A program made the translations under genes and the position numbers. From IMG/VR virus record IMGVR_UViG_3300045988_166581, positions 178,976 to 210,975 of that record: a stretch of DNA of 32,000 nucleotides. One strand, written 5' to 3'. How positions within the stretch are numbered: the stretch's first letter is position 1; each line of letters begins with the position of its first letter. Positions 1 to 9,234 of the stretch are shown here, piece after piece. A model generated the notes under the pieces. It saw only the letters and a list, made by a program, of their open reading frames with translations, did no database searches and had not been told where the DNA came from. This DNA is from a virus.

Positions 1-8
1 AAAATCCA

Positions 9-656
9 ATGAGAAAAATTAAAACTCCAAGCAATAAAAGAATGAAGAAAAAAGTATATTTGGATGTTAATGAAGTAAGGGAAATTGAGAAAAATGTGTC
101 TTCTGGAAATACTAAAAGAAGCAAATCATATCTTTCTCAGTGGCATGAGAGAGATGAGGCTATAATTAATCTTGGATTCCATAAGGCACTACGAGTTTCT
201 GCGATAATCTCAATTAATCTTGAAGATATTAACTGGGAAGGTAAATCTTTAAGTGTTATTGAAAAAGGAAATGACCCACGGCATATTCATCTCAGTGACG
301 GTACAATCAAAATACTTCAGTGTTGGGTCCAGAAGCGAAATGAATATACTAAAGTAAATGGAGTGGAAAGTCCTGCATTATTTATTTCAAACAAATCTGG
401 CAGAATTTCACAAAAAACAGTTGGAAGGATATTAAGATCATATGCCGGTGACATCAATAAAGAAAAAAGAATTGTACCACATACAATGCGAAGCTCTACC
501 GGCACGAATTATTATTTAAAAACCGGAAATGCTAGAGCTGTGCAACAGTTACTTGGACAAAAGAGTTTAGCAGCAACACAGAAATATTTGGATGATACAG
601 TTCAGCAGAGAAGAGAAATTACTGATGCAGTAGAAGATTTATATGGGGATGATTAA
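9..656 (+). CDS. Short tyrosine recombinase / phage integrase-family catalytic domain
   Basis: 215 aa; motifs ALRVSAIISINLEDINW (Arg box), PHTMRSSTGTNYYL (HxxR) and VQQLLGQKSLAATQKYLD (Tyr box). N-terminal core-binding domain is short or absent. Confidence 0.8.
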   Translation: MRKIKTPSNKRMKKKVYLDVNEVREIEKNVSSGNTKRSKSYLSQWHERDEAIINLGFHKALRVSAIISINLEDINWEGKSLSVIEKGNDPRHIHLSDGTIKILQCWVQKRNEYTKVNGVESPALFISNKSGRISQKTVGRILRSYAGDINKEKRIVPHTMRSSTGTNYYLKTGNARAVQQLLGQKSLAATQKYLDDTVQQRREITDAVEDLYGDD

Positions 657-875
657 ATGAATAAAAGTTTAGATGATATATTAAGAAATAAGGGAGACTT
701 GAAGCCACGCCAGGTTGAGAAGATATTTAATGCAAATGGATGGTACATAGTCAGAACAAATAATCATAATATATATAAGAAGGAAGGCAGATCGGAGCTG
801 GTAATAGCTCCGATTGGTAATATGAATTGGAAAACATTTCGTGATACTTGCAAGAGATGCGGTATGGCAATGTAA
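657..875 (+). CDS. HicA-like small protein (possible mRNA interferase)
   Basis: 72 aa; pattern KPRQVEKIFNANGWYIVRTNNHNIYKKEGRSELVIAPIGN...TFRDTCKRCGM resembles the HicA fold (helix-GW-x-SHxxY-xx-P). Starts directly after the recombinase stop. Confidence 0.45.
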   Translation: MNKSLDDILRNKGDLKPRQVEKIFNANGWYIVRTNNHNIYKKEGRSELVIAPIGNMNWKTFRDTCKRCGMAM

Positions 876-949
876 TGTAATTTATGGTATGATTAAAATA
901 ATTTAAATTTGTAAAATTGCAAAATCAACGTTTTAAGGAAGGTGTTTAA

Positions 950-1311
950 ATGAATTACGAACAGTACGATAGATATGTTTTTACGCAAAAAATCTCGATA
1001 AGTATTTAGAAGAATTCAACAAAGATATAGAACGGCAGAAACAGGAAATTATAGAATTCGAAAAACGTGCAAAAGAAAGAATCAATTTAATTGATAACTG
1101 GGAACAACAGAAGAATTTTATAATATTAGGAAGTGCATACAAAAATGGAAAGACAAAGGTGATATTTTTAATAAAAAGATATCCGGATCAATCACAGAGA
1201 GACGAAAGATATGAGTTCAATAAAATTGCTGACATGAGAAAGAAAATGATAGAACTTGAAGAGAAATATTCAGATTCCGATTGGTCAAATTTTGTAAGGG
1301 AGATTGAATGA
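950..1311 (+). pseudogene. Small hypothetical gene apparently split by a frameshift at an A6 run
   Basis: ATG with upstream AAGGAAGG-type RBS opens a short frame; the long open frame DKYLEEFNKDIERQKQEIIEFEKRAKERINLIDNWEQQKNF...NFVREIE ends at 1311 in a different frame and has no good start. Start coordinate is +/-1. Confidence 0.4.
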
Positions 1312-1541
1312 AAAAAATAGAATTGTCAGATGTGCAAAAATTATATAATGGAACAAAAGTGTATGTTGAATGTGTTGGAGCAGAATGGTATTTTTCAGAT
1401 AAGGAAAAATATAAAACGTGGAATGTAAAACAAGAAGATGGACTTCATTATGAAATCGAAACTAAAGACAACACTATAAGCTTTCCATATGATTTTGACT
1501 ATAATGGATATAATATGGAAATTGCCTGTTATATTGAATAA
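1308..1541 (+). CDS. Hypothetical protein
   Basis: 77 aa ORF in the + strand gene series, ATGA overlap with preceding frame. Confidence 0.6.
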   Translation: MKKIELSDVQKLYNGTKVYVECVGAEWYFSDKEKYKTWNVKQEDGLHYEIETKDNTISFPYDFDYNGYNMEIACYIE

Positions 1542-1573
1542 ATATAAAATTTAACTTTTACAGAGGTAGAAAT

Positions 1574-2179
1574 ATGGAATCGGAATTATTAAAATTGAAA
1601 AATAATTATGAATTTTGGGATTTGTTTTTTAAATTAGATAATAACGAAGAGATTTCTTTTAATGATTTAGAATATTTGATTTGGTCGATTATAAAACTGA
1701 AGTATGAAAATTTAAATAATGATGAAAAAATTGAACTAAAAAAAAGTATTGTAGAAAACAGAATGATACATTGTATTCAAAAATTCGAGCAATATTTTAA
1801 TAAAAATTATATTAACGGTCTTATAAAAGAAAGTAAATATAGAGAGTGGTTTAAGTTAGAAGGAAGCCATATTATTGATTCATATTATTTTATTGATCCT
1901 GTTAATAGATATTTGAAAAAAATATTATTTGAACAGTTATTTGAGCATACAGAAGTAAGCGATGGTGGAAATAAAGATTTTTCAGAAATAGGTATAGATG
2001 ACTTTGGTACTAGATTTTGTGTTAATTATGGCGTGTCTGAAGATAAAATAAGTTTAGCACAAGATTATGTTTATGAATATATGGAAAATGTAAAAGAAAA
2101 TATAAAGAAAACAAATATTGCTGGCAAATTAATTAATGCAAATGAAAATCAAAAGTATATACAAGATAGTATTTTATAA
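1574..2179 (+). CDS. Hypothetical protein
   Basis: 201 aa ORF with upstream purine-rich RBS. Confidence 0.7.
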   Translation: MESELLKLKNNYEFWDLFFKLDNNEEISFNDLEYLIWSIIKLKYENLNNDEKIELKKSIVENRMIHCIQKFEQYFNKNYINGLIKESKYREWFKLEGSHIIDSYYFIDPVNRYLKKILFEQLFEHTEVSDGGNKDFSEIGIDDFGTRFCVNYGVSEDKISLAQDYVYEYMENVKENIKKTNIAGKLINANENQKYIQDSIL

Positions 2180-2197
2180 CTTCTATGGAGGTAGAAA

Positions 2198-2449
2198 ATG
2201 TATTTAAAGTCAAATAGGGCTGGTGTCGTTGTAGAACGAATTGGAAGCAAAAGACAGCACAAATATAAACTTACAGAAAAGTCAATCACAATGGTTTCTG
2301 CAGGAACATTGGTTATACCGGTACATTTTCTTAGCGACAACTTTCAATTGTATAACCAAAATTGTAATGAGTTAATACAGCCAGAAGGGAACTTTTGGAT
2401 TACTGCTGAGACCATTGATCCGTATCATGTGGTAATTGATATGTTTTAA
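2198..2449 (+). CDS. Hypothetical protein
   Basis: 83 aa ORF preceded by GGAGG. Confidence 0.6.
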   Translation: MYLKSNRAGVVVERIGSKRQHKYKLTEKSITMVSAGTLVIPVHFLSDNFQLYNQNCNELIQPEGNFWITAETIDPYHVVIDMF

Positions 2450-2460
2450 GGAGATATAAA

Positions 2461-2640
2461 ATGATAGACGAATATGGAAGAATCAATACAAAATCTCAAG
2501 CTATAAGGGAATTTAAAACAGAGCAAATGGCTTATCTATTAAATGACATAAATATAAATCCAGAGAAATATCCAAGTAATTATGAAGATTGGCTTAAATG
2601 GCTAGATGAAGTTAGTGGAGACTCTGTGGAAAAATTATAA
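2461..2640 (+). CDS. Hypothetical protein (59 aa, below the ORF-track cutoff)
   Basis: ATG at 2461 after AAGGAG; MIDEYGRINTKSQAIREFKTEQMAYLLND...EKL. Confidence 0.55.
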   Translation: MIDEYGRINTKSQAIREFKTEQMAYLLNDININPEKYPSNYEDWLKWLDEVSGDSVEKL

Positions 2641-2671
2641 TATAAAATGACGATTTGAAGGGAGATATAAG

Positions 2672-2896
2672 ATGGCAAGATTAAAATGGAACATAGTTCA
2701 CGAGTGTGACGATGACAACGGAAATCCAACTCAATGGGCTGCTGAAATAAATCATCCGGATTATGGAAGATTCGTTTGGATCGACGATGAAGGTGAGAAG
2801 TTTGGAGTATACAGTGGAAAGAACTGTAATACAAAATTGGCGGAATGTAAATCTCTTGCAAGTGCGAAGAGATGGGTTGCGACATATATATTTTGA
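2672..2896 (+). CDS. Hypothetical protein
   Basis: 74 aa ORF, upstream GGGAG. Confidence 0.55.
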   Translation: MARLKWNIVHECDDDNGNPTQWAAEINHPDYGRFVWIDDEGEKFGVYSGKNCNTKLAECKSLASAKRWVATYIF

Positions 2897-3209
2897 ACGG
2901 AGGCGACATATGAGAACATTATATGATGAATACACATCTGGCATATTAGCAGAATATGCATATTGCATTCAGTTAGGGCATGATATGCATATTGGAGACA
3001 CATATCCTATTGGTAAAATTTGGAATGGCGTTGGAAACATTTCTGAAATTTTAAGAAACCGAAAAATTTCAGTAGAAGATGAGGACGGAGAAATATATAC
3101 ATTGTTTTTTAGAATTATCAAGAAAAAATCGCAAATATTAAGAACTACGGTAGAAATTATTGATGCAGATTGATTAATAAAACAGATATTTAATCGGAGG
3201 TATTAGTTC

Positions 3210-3806
3210 GTGAAAGCAGAATACTTAGAACAGCTGATGACTATATACGATAAATGCATAGTTGAAAAGAACAAGTTAACCGAGAAAGATAAAGAAAATA
3301 TTTTATTAGCAGTCGTTGATGGGCTTTTGCCGGCAGAAGATAAATATGAAATTTATCTTTTTAAAATGAAATGTGAAGCTCACAAAGTATTTAATGAATT
3401 TCATAAGTGGTGCATGAGTGGAAAACCTGTCAGAACATTTGAGGAATATGAAAATTTTTATAAAAATACACTAAATAATATATTTGTTTATCAAGTGTAT
3501 GAAATAATATATGATGTGTTTCATCCTATTGTAATAAAAAAGAATTTTACATATTTGGATAAACATAATAATAATGTGATTTTCAATGATGAATTTATAA
3601 TGGCTGCCCTTAAAAGTGAATTATATAAAAAAATGGTATTTAAAGAACAGGTAGAAACCATAGATTGGGAACGTAAATACTCACCAGATGAAAGTAAATT
3701 TAGGTTTGCAACGTTAGTGTCTTATAATGAATATGGCGACCCATTTATATATAATGAACCTGAATATCACCTGTATTCTGATAAAAAAGACAGAATACTA
3801 TTTTAA
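3210..3806 (+). CDS. Hypothetical protein
   Basis: 198 aa ORF. Confidence 0.65.
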   Translation: MKAEYLEQLMTIYDKCIVEKNKLTEKDKENILLAVVDGLLPAEDKYEIYLFKMKCEAHKVFNEFHKWCMSGKPVRTFEEYENFYKNTLNNIFVYQVYEIIYDVFHPIVIKKNFTYLDKHNNNVIFNDEFIMAALKSELYKKMVFKEQVETIDWERKYSPDESKFRFATLVSYNEYGDPFIYNEPEYHLYSDKKDRILF

Positions 3807-3827
3807 CAGAGCAAAGGAGATAACGCT

Positions 3828-4073
3828 ATGGAAGAGCCACCAATAAGGCAAACAAAATATGAATATGAATATGGACTTTGCAAGCGAATGCATTATAGAG
3901 GACTATGGTTGGTTCAGTATGACGGTTATCCTGGTGAAATGAAGAAGACAAAAATGGCTTGTTCTTGTGTACAAGATGGTTGTGATAAGGATTGTGCAGT
4001 AATGGAAACGGCAGATGAAGTAATTCCAATTGATTGGGAATGGCACATGCTGGATAAACCACCGATTGGATGA
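3828..4073 (+). CDS. Hypothetical cysteine-containing protein
   Basis: 81 aa ORF with CSCVQDGCDKDC. Confidence 0.55.
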   Translation: MEEPPIRQTKYEYEYGLCKRMHYRGLWLVQYDGYPGEMKKTKMACSCVQDGCDKDCAVMETADEVIPIDWEWHMLDKPPIG

Positions 4074-4396
4074 GACTTGATAAAGGAGAGGAAATTATGA
4101 GTTACTATAATACAATTAGGTTGTTAAAAGGAACGGCATTCCTTACGACAAGGGAATATAAAAATTTTGAGCCTGGTGATACAATATGGGGAAATGATTC
4201 TGATGCAGAAGAGATTTCTCGATGGAATGAAGATGAGAAAGAAAAGGCTTTAGATGCATTGAAAAAATACAAATGCAGTTATCAAGAATCGAATGGAATG
4301 TATGATATTGAAGAATATGCATTAGAGTATTTTGATTCAGATGAAGATGGAGAGTTTGTTGCAGGATCTGATTATGATATTGCAGAAACAGAATGA
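4070..4396 (+). CDS. Hypothetical acidic protein
   Basis: 108 aa ORF; internal ATG after AAAGGAGAGG may be the real start. Confidence 0.55.
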   Translation: MRLDKGEEIMSYYNTIRLLKGTAFLTTREYKNFEPGDTIWGNDSDAEEISRWNEDEKEKALDALKKYKCSYQESNGMYDIEEYALEYFDSDEDGEFVAGSDYDIAETE

Positions 4397-4415
4397 AAAT
4401 ATAATGATTATACTT

Positions 4416-4444
4416 AGACATCACATTATGTGGTGTCTTTTTTA
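4416..4444 (+). terminator. Rho-independent terminator
   Basis: AGACATCACA-TTA-TGTGGTGTCT 10-bp stem (one GU) followed by TTTTTT. Confidence 0.85.
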
Positions 4445-4472
4445 TACTAAAAACGAAAGGAAGTGAGAAGTA

Positions 4473-4913
4473 GTGGACGAATACAAACAGTTTGATATTG
4501 TTTACGCTGATCTTTCTAGTAAAGGAACCATAGGATCTGAGCAGAAAGGTATACGACCTGTGATAATCATTCAAAATGATACCGGCAACATTCACAGTCC
4601 AACTGTTCTTGTAATGGCGCTTACAAAGGAACTTAAGAAAGCAAATCAGCCAACCCATTACATAATTAGGAAGAATAATGCGAATGGGTTGAAATTTGAT
4701 TCGATGGTATTAGGGGAGACTATTACACAGATCTCAAAGCAGCGTATTAAACAGAAAATTGGTGTAGTAGATAATACCGCAGATAAAGATGGAATTATTG
4801 GAACATATATGGCTAATCTTACTGGAAAAAGTAGATATGGAAATCCATTATGGACCAAGATTACACAGCTTTTCTGTAAATTGGTTAAGGAGGGGCAAAT
4901 ATGTGCGAATTGA
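4473..4913 (+). CDS. MazF/PemK-family endoribonuclease toxin
   Basis: QFDIVYADLSSKGTIGSEQKGIRPVIIIQNDTGN...PTVLVMALT...GLKFDSMVLGETITQISKQRI matches the MazF/PemK pattern. Confidence 0.85.
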   Translation: MDEYKQFDIVYADLSSKGTIGSEQKGIRPVIIIQNDTGNIHSPTVLVMALTKELKKANQPTHYIIRKNNANGLKFDSMVLGETITQISKQRIKQKIGVVDNTADKDGIIGTYMANLTGKSRYGNPLWTKITQLFCKLVKEGQICAN

Positions 4914-5161
4914 ATAAGGTGGAGGCAATGGAACTTATAAAAGGGATTGTAGGAAGTAAAGTTTGTGCAATGTACTATAACAAGAAGAAAGGTATATCTT
5001 CAAAATCTAAGAAAATTGGCAAGAGGAGGGTGGAGAAAAATATTCAGAATGCAAAGACTATTACTTATAGCGGTTCTGAATATATCAGGAAGATAGAGCT
5101 TCATGGAATCAAAGGGAAATTCAAATTTTCTCCATGCAGCTCTATTGTTATTCTGTTCTGA
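4901..5161 (+). CDS. Hypothetical protein overlapping the mazF-like gene end
   Basis: 86 aa ORF, translationally coupled overlap; no recognised antitoxin motif. Confidence 0.5.
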   Translation: MCELNKVEAMELIKGIVGSKVCAMYYNKKKGISSKSKKIGKRRVEKNIQNAKTITYSGSEYIRKIELHGIKGKFKFSPCSSIVILF

Positions 5162-5172
5162 TCGAAAAAAAT

Positions 5173-5186
5173 CGAACAAAAGTTCG
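5173..5186. promoter_or_regulatory. LexA/DinR (SOS) box
   Basis: Perfect palindromic CGAAC-AAAA-GTTCG, matching the Gram-positive GAAC-N4-GTTC core. Confidence 0.6.
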
Positions 5187-5224
5187 AAAATGTTAAATTA
5201 TACCTTTTTATTGGTACGATAAAG

Positions 5225-5233
5225 TGGTATAAT
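5225..5233 (+). promoter_or_regulatory. Extended -10 promoter element
   Basis: TGGTATAAT (TGnTATAAT); -35 region weak. Confidence 0.6.
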
Positions 5234-5246
5234 CAAATACATAAAA

Positions 5247-5258
5247 GAACAAATGTTC
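5247..5258. promoter_or_regulatory. Second LexA/DinR (SOS) box
   Basis: GAAC-AAAT-GTTC immediately downstream of the expected transcription start. Confidence 0.6.
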
Positions 5259-5574
5259 TGATTTTTAATCGACATTGATCTTATAAAGAAAAATGCCCTA
5301 CCAGCAGAAAGTTTGGCGACCGTCGGCTGATAGGACAGGGTTTTCTGTACCCACGGATGGATACATACATATTATGTAGCAATTCAATGGAAATGTCAAT
5401 ATTTTCCAATTCTAATCTCTTGCCATTCTGTAAGAGAAATTCCGTGAGTATAACTGTATATTAAATATGCTATTTGCTAAAAATGGAATTGTTATCTTTT
5501 TAAGAATAATTTCATTCTCTTTTTAGAAGCAAATGGTGTATTTAGTATACGAAAATTTAAAATATAAAGGGAGA

Positions 5575-6252
5575 ATGAAAATTATGGGATCAGAGAAATG
5601 GAGCAAGAATGAGAAACTTACAGAAGATGAGGTAAATAACATAGTTGACTTTTTCTACAAAGACAAGAGAAAGGAACTTAAAAAAATTTGCAACCAGATA
5701 CTTCATATAATTTGGAATGATATTCCAGATTATTACAGAGATGATTTTGAATCTTTGGCAGGATATATTATTACATTTTGCTTAGAATCTTATGATCCAA
5801 CTACTGGTCCATTTAGAGCGTATGTATATCCATATATGCAAAAGAAATTTATCAGTTATATTTATGGAATTAATTCTCTTAAACGTGGTGGTGATGGAAA
5901 TTGGGATTCTGAAAAACGTGATGAAAATGGTAAGAAAATTAAGAAAAGCGTGAAAGTAAAATTTGTCAATATAGATGACAAGGTAAAGGAAGATTCAGAC
6001 TCTACATATGCAGATATTATCAAAGGTGGTAAATCTGTTGAAGAAATTATTTTTGAGGATAAAAAAGATTCAAAACTAGAAGCATGTATTAACAAGCTTA
6101 ATAAAACACAAAAGAAAATAGTTTCTCTGATGATTGATGGCTACAAGCCGAACGAGATTCAAGAGGAATTGCAACTTACTAACAAACAGTACTTTGATTA
6201 TGTAACCGACATGAGAACTTCAGAATTTAGATTAGCATTGGAGGAAGACTAA
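5575..6252 (+). CDS. RNA polymerase sigma-70-like factor (divergent)
   Basis: Region-2-like FESLAGYIITFCLESYDPTTGPFRAYVYPYMQKKFISYI and C-terminal region-4-like LNKTQKKIVSLMIDGYKPNEIQEELQLTNKQYFDYVTDM; track start 5533, RBS AAAGGGAG favours an ATG at 5575 or 5584. Confidence 0.65.
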   Translation: MKIMGSEKWSKNEKLTEDEVNNIVDFFYKDKRKELKKICNQILHIIWNDIPDYYRDDFESLAGYIITFCLESYDPTTGPFRAYVYPYMQKKFISYIYGINSLKRGGDGNWDSEKRDENGKKIKKSVKVKFVNIDDKVKEDSDSTYADIIKGGKSVEEIIFEDKKDSKLEACINKLNKTQKKIVSLMIDGYKPNEIQEELQLTNKQYFDYVTDMRTSEFRLALEED

Positions 6253-6254
6253 TT

Positions 6255-7856
6255 ATGTTATGCATCAGACCAAACAAAAACGAAAAGATGGTAAGAGACC
6301 AGAAGTTTCTTAAAACTCTTCTTGGTAAGTTGGATAGAGGTGAAATTAGAAGAGACTTTTGGCTGCAGAGAAAATCTACTCAGTGGAATAATCAGATTCG
6401 TGACCAGGCAATTGTAACAACTGTACAGGGTGAAGATATTGATCCAGTAAAAATCTGTGAAGAAATTCGAGAAGGCAAATCATCTCAAAAGTGGATTGTA
6501 GATGGTGGAAACAGATTTGAAACATGGAATAATTTCTATAATAATGTGTTTGCTCTTGGGAAAAATCTTGAAAATTACATTGTTCCATACGAGTCAACAA
6601 AAAAGGATGAAAACGGAAATGTAGTTAAAGATGAAGATGGCTATCCAATTATGGAAGAGCTTGAGTTTGATCTTCGTGGAAAACGCTATAAAGATCTTCC
6701 TATGGAGCTTAAGGAAAGATTTAATAACTACAAAGTAATTTATGTAGAGCATTCAAACTGTACAGAAAGTAGAATGGGGTATCATATTCGAAGATATAAC
6801 AACCAGAAGAGTATGAATAAAAATCAGAAATCCGTTACATATATGGAGCAGACTGCAAAATGGACAAAGGAAATTATGAATTCCAATCCATTCTTTAAAG
6901 AGCTTCCGTGTTATCATGGAGCTTCTGAAAAGAACAGTGATCCAGAGAGAGTAATGCTTGATACTGTAATGATTATCTTTTTTAAAGATGAATGGAAAAG
7001 TAATGCAGAGAAAAATGCTTTATATGTGGAAACAAATGGAGAAAAAGAGCAGTTTAATCTCCTTGATAACTATCTTGGAAGAATGTATGCATTAGTTGAA
7101 GACAACGATGAACTTTCAAAACTTTTTGAGAAAAAAGATGCGCCAATGTGGATTGCTTTATTCGATAAATTCTCAAAACTTGAAATGGATGATTCTAAGT
7201 TTAAAAAGTTTTTAGAGGCATTTGTTGGTGGGTTAAGAGAAACTAAAATTAATGGAGAATCTTTCGCTGAAATTAAGGGAAATAAATCTACAAAGAACAG
7301 AAATACAATCTTTGGAAAATTAGAGTATCTTGAATCTCTTATGATGGATTTCTTCTCTATTAATAAGGAAGATATTGTTGAATCTTTTGAGACAACTGAC
7401 AGATTTGATGCATTTGCAACAAAATTTGAGAACACAGAGTTAATGGAAGCACTTGGAATCCCAATGGGAAGTGATATTGATCGCATTGCTGCACAGACAC
7501 TTATGACAGTATGTGGAAAGACAGATTTTTCTGATAAGGCAATTCAGGAATTTATCACAGCTGACGAGTATACAGAAGACAATATTGAAGATGCAGATCT
7601 GTACCTGGATGAAGTGAACGAATGGAGTTTGGAGCTTCCAGCTGGTACTACACTTCTCAAGGCAAAATACGTTCCTGCAATGGTAGGATTCGTAAAATAT
7701 ACATATGATAACGATACAAATACAGATGCTCTTAATTGGTTTAAAGATTATGCTTTCCAGTGTACAAAACCAGAGAACGATGTTCAGAAACTTCTCAACG
7801 ATATGAAGGAAGATTTTAATTCATATTTGACATACAAAGAAAATAAGACAGCGTAA
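6255..7856 (+). CDS. DUF262/ParB-like domain protein
   Basis: IRRDFWLQRKSTQWNNQIRDQAIVTTVQGEDIDPVKICEE...WIVDGGNRFETWNNFYNN resembles the DUF262 pattern (QR...W...DxIxS/T...VxDGxxRxxT). Confidence 0.6.
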   Translation: MLCIRPNKNEKMVRDQKFLKTLLGKLDRGEIRRDFWLQRKSTQWNNQIRDQAIVTTVQGEDIDPVKICEEIREGKSSQKWIVDGGNRFETWNNFYNNVFALGKNLENYIVPYESTKKDENGNVVKDEDGYPIMEELEFDLRGKRYKDLPMELKERFNNYKVIYVEHSNCTESRMGYHIRRYNNQKSMNKNQKSVTYMEQTAKWTKEIMNSNPFFKELPCYHGASEKNSDPERVMLDTVMIIFFKDEWKSNAEKNALYVETNGEKEQFNLLDNYLGRMYALVEDNDELSKLFEKKDAPMWIALFDKFSKLEMDDSKFKKFLEAFVGGLRETKINGESFAEIKGNKSTKNRNTIFGKLEYLESLMMDFFSINKEDIVESFETTDRFDAFATKFENTELMEALGIPMGSDIDRIAAQTLMTVCGKTDFSDKAIQEFITADEYTEDNIEDADLYLDEVNEWSLELPAGTTLLKAKYVPAMVGFVKYTYDNDTNTDALNWFKDYAFQCTKPENDVQKLLNDMKEDFNSYLTYKENKTA

Positions 7857-7861
7857 GGCAG

Positions 7862-8086
7862 GTGGTGATAAATATGGCTATATTTTGTAGACATCCAAAA
7901 AGTGTAATTGTCGCAAAATCGAACGTAATCCAGTTTGATCAAAGTGGATTTCCTATGAGACTTGAGACTATGGAGTGTTTGATTTGCGGTAAGAAGTATT
8001 ATGCTTGGAATTATATTAAGAAAAGTGAACTTGATGAACTGAGCACAGGAAAATCTGTGCTCTGTAAGTGGGGAAATGCTGAATAA
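7862..8086 (+). CDS. Small zinc-ribbon-like protein
   Basis: 74 aa, CRHPK...MECLICGKKYYAWNYIKKSELDELSTGKSVLCKW. Confidence 0.55.
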   Translation: MVINMAIFCRHPKSVIVAKSNVIQFDQSGFPMRLETMECLICGKKYYAWNYIKKSELDELSTGKSVLCKWGNAE

Positions 8087-8166
8087 TATAATAATTTTAA
8101 AACAATCAGAACAGATATCAACTAAGTCTTTAGTTTAGTGGTAGTTTACCGAAGGGAATTGAAATT

Positions 8167-8331
8167 ATGTATAAAGAAATTTATGTTGAAAATGATGGAC
8201 ATTGTGGACAACGTATTGTTAATGAATATTGTGATCCAGTTATAAAGCAAGATATAGTATTCATCTCAGAGTATAGTAGAGATGGAAAATTTCTTGGAAT
8301 GCGTAGAGTAAGGGAAAGAGGTAAACAATAA
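8167..8331 (+). CDS. Hypothetical protein (54 aa)
   Basis: MYKEIYVENDGHCGQRIVNEYCDPVIKQDIVFISEYSRDGKFLGMRRVRERGKQ. Confidence 0.5.
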   Translation: MYKEIYVENDGHCGQRIVNEYCDPVIKQDIVFISEYSRDGKFLGMRRVRERGKQ

Positions 8332-8351
8332 TCTAAGAAAAGGAGAATTTT

Positions 8352-9149
8352 ATGAATAAATTTCAAATTGGAGATAAAGTTATTGTAACTGCACATAAAG
8401 ACGAGATGGAATGTCCATACGTTATGGGAATAAAAGATCCTTTTAATTTGACTGGAATAATATGTAGTATACATTCTACTTATGGGGACGGAAGTACATC
8501 TTATGGAATTGAATTTGAAGAAAATATTGGTGGACATAGTTGTAATGGAAAGTGTAAAGATGGTTATGGACAGAATATAAATGAAAGATACTTAAAATTA
8601 TACGATGAAAAGAAAAGCGAGGATAAAATTATGCAAAAAAAGAAATATGAAAAGAAACCTTTAGAGCAGCAGATTAAAGAGAAATACGAAAGTAAGAGAA
8701 ACGTATTAAATGCAAGAATTGGATTTACAGATGGACACGAACAAACTTTAGTTCCTAAAAAAGTTTATCATGATTCAATGACTAGCACAATTGTAATTGA
8801 TTTTGGAGATAGCGTTGGAAAAATTAAAGCAAAACCAATTGCAGATGATAAGTATGATCCAAGTGTAGCATTCAATATTATTACTGCAAAGGCAATTTAT
8901 AAAAGGTTCAACTTTCCGTTTGAGTCTGATATGAGTTCTTTTGAAGCAAAAATAACTGCAAAATATTTATTACATAAAAATGCCGGTATTGCACTTGATA
9001 AATACGTAAAATATCTTAAAAATATGGTGCAGACATTTTTACAGGAGGATGCAGAATTAGAAAAGGCAGAACAGATTCGTAAAAATCAGAAAGCTAAAAA
9101 CAGAATTCGAAAAGAAAGACAGAAACAGAAAAGACAGAATAGAAAATGA
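8352..9149 (+). CDS. Hypothetical protein
   Basis: 265 aa ORF with RBS AAGGAG. Confidence 0.75.
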   Translation: MNKFQIGDKVIVTAHKDEMECPYVMGIKDPFNLTGIICSIHSTYGDGSTSYGIEFEENIGGHSCNGKCKDGYGQNINERYLKLYDEKKSEDKIMQKKKYEKKPLEQQIKEKYESKRNVLNARIGFTDGHEQTLVPKKVYHDSMTSTIVIDFGDSVGKIKAKPIADDKYDPSVAFNIITAKAIYKRFNFPFESDMSSFEAKITAKYLLHKNAGIALDKYVKYLKNMVQTFLQEDAELEKAEQIRKNQKAKNRIRKERQKQKRQNRK

Positions 9150-9178
9150 GATTAAATTAAATATTAAATAAGAAGAGT

Positions 9179-9214
9179 AGAGTGTCAGGTAATAAACTTG
9201 GCACTCTATTTTTA
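9179..9214 (+). terminator. Rho-independent terminator-like hairpin
   Basis: AGAGTGTC...GGCACTCT followed by ATTTTTAT. Confidence 0.7.
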
Positions 9215-9234
9215 TATAAGGTAGGTGAGAATAT

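Noticed and set aside
2761-3003. Minus-strand and alternate-start ORFs overlapping 2672-2896 and 2763-3173
   Set aside because: Overlapping frames; the + strand frame with ATG near 2910 (MRTLYDEYTSGILAEYAYCIQLGHDM...) is the likely real start of the 2763-3173 ORF. The rest is spurious extension.
8125-8160. tRNA-like 5' half (GTCTTTAGTTTAGTGGTAGTTTACCGAAGGG)
   Set aside because: No T-arm or 3' acceptor match before the next ATG at 8167, so at best a fragment or a coincidence.
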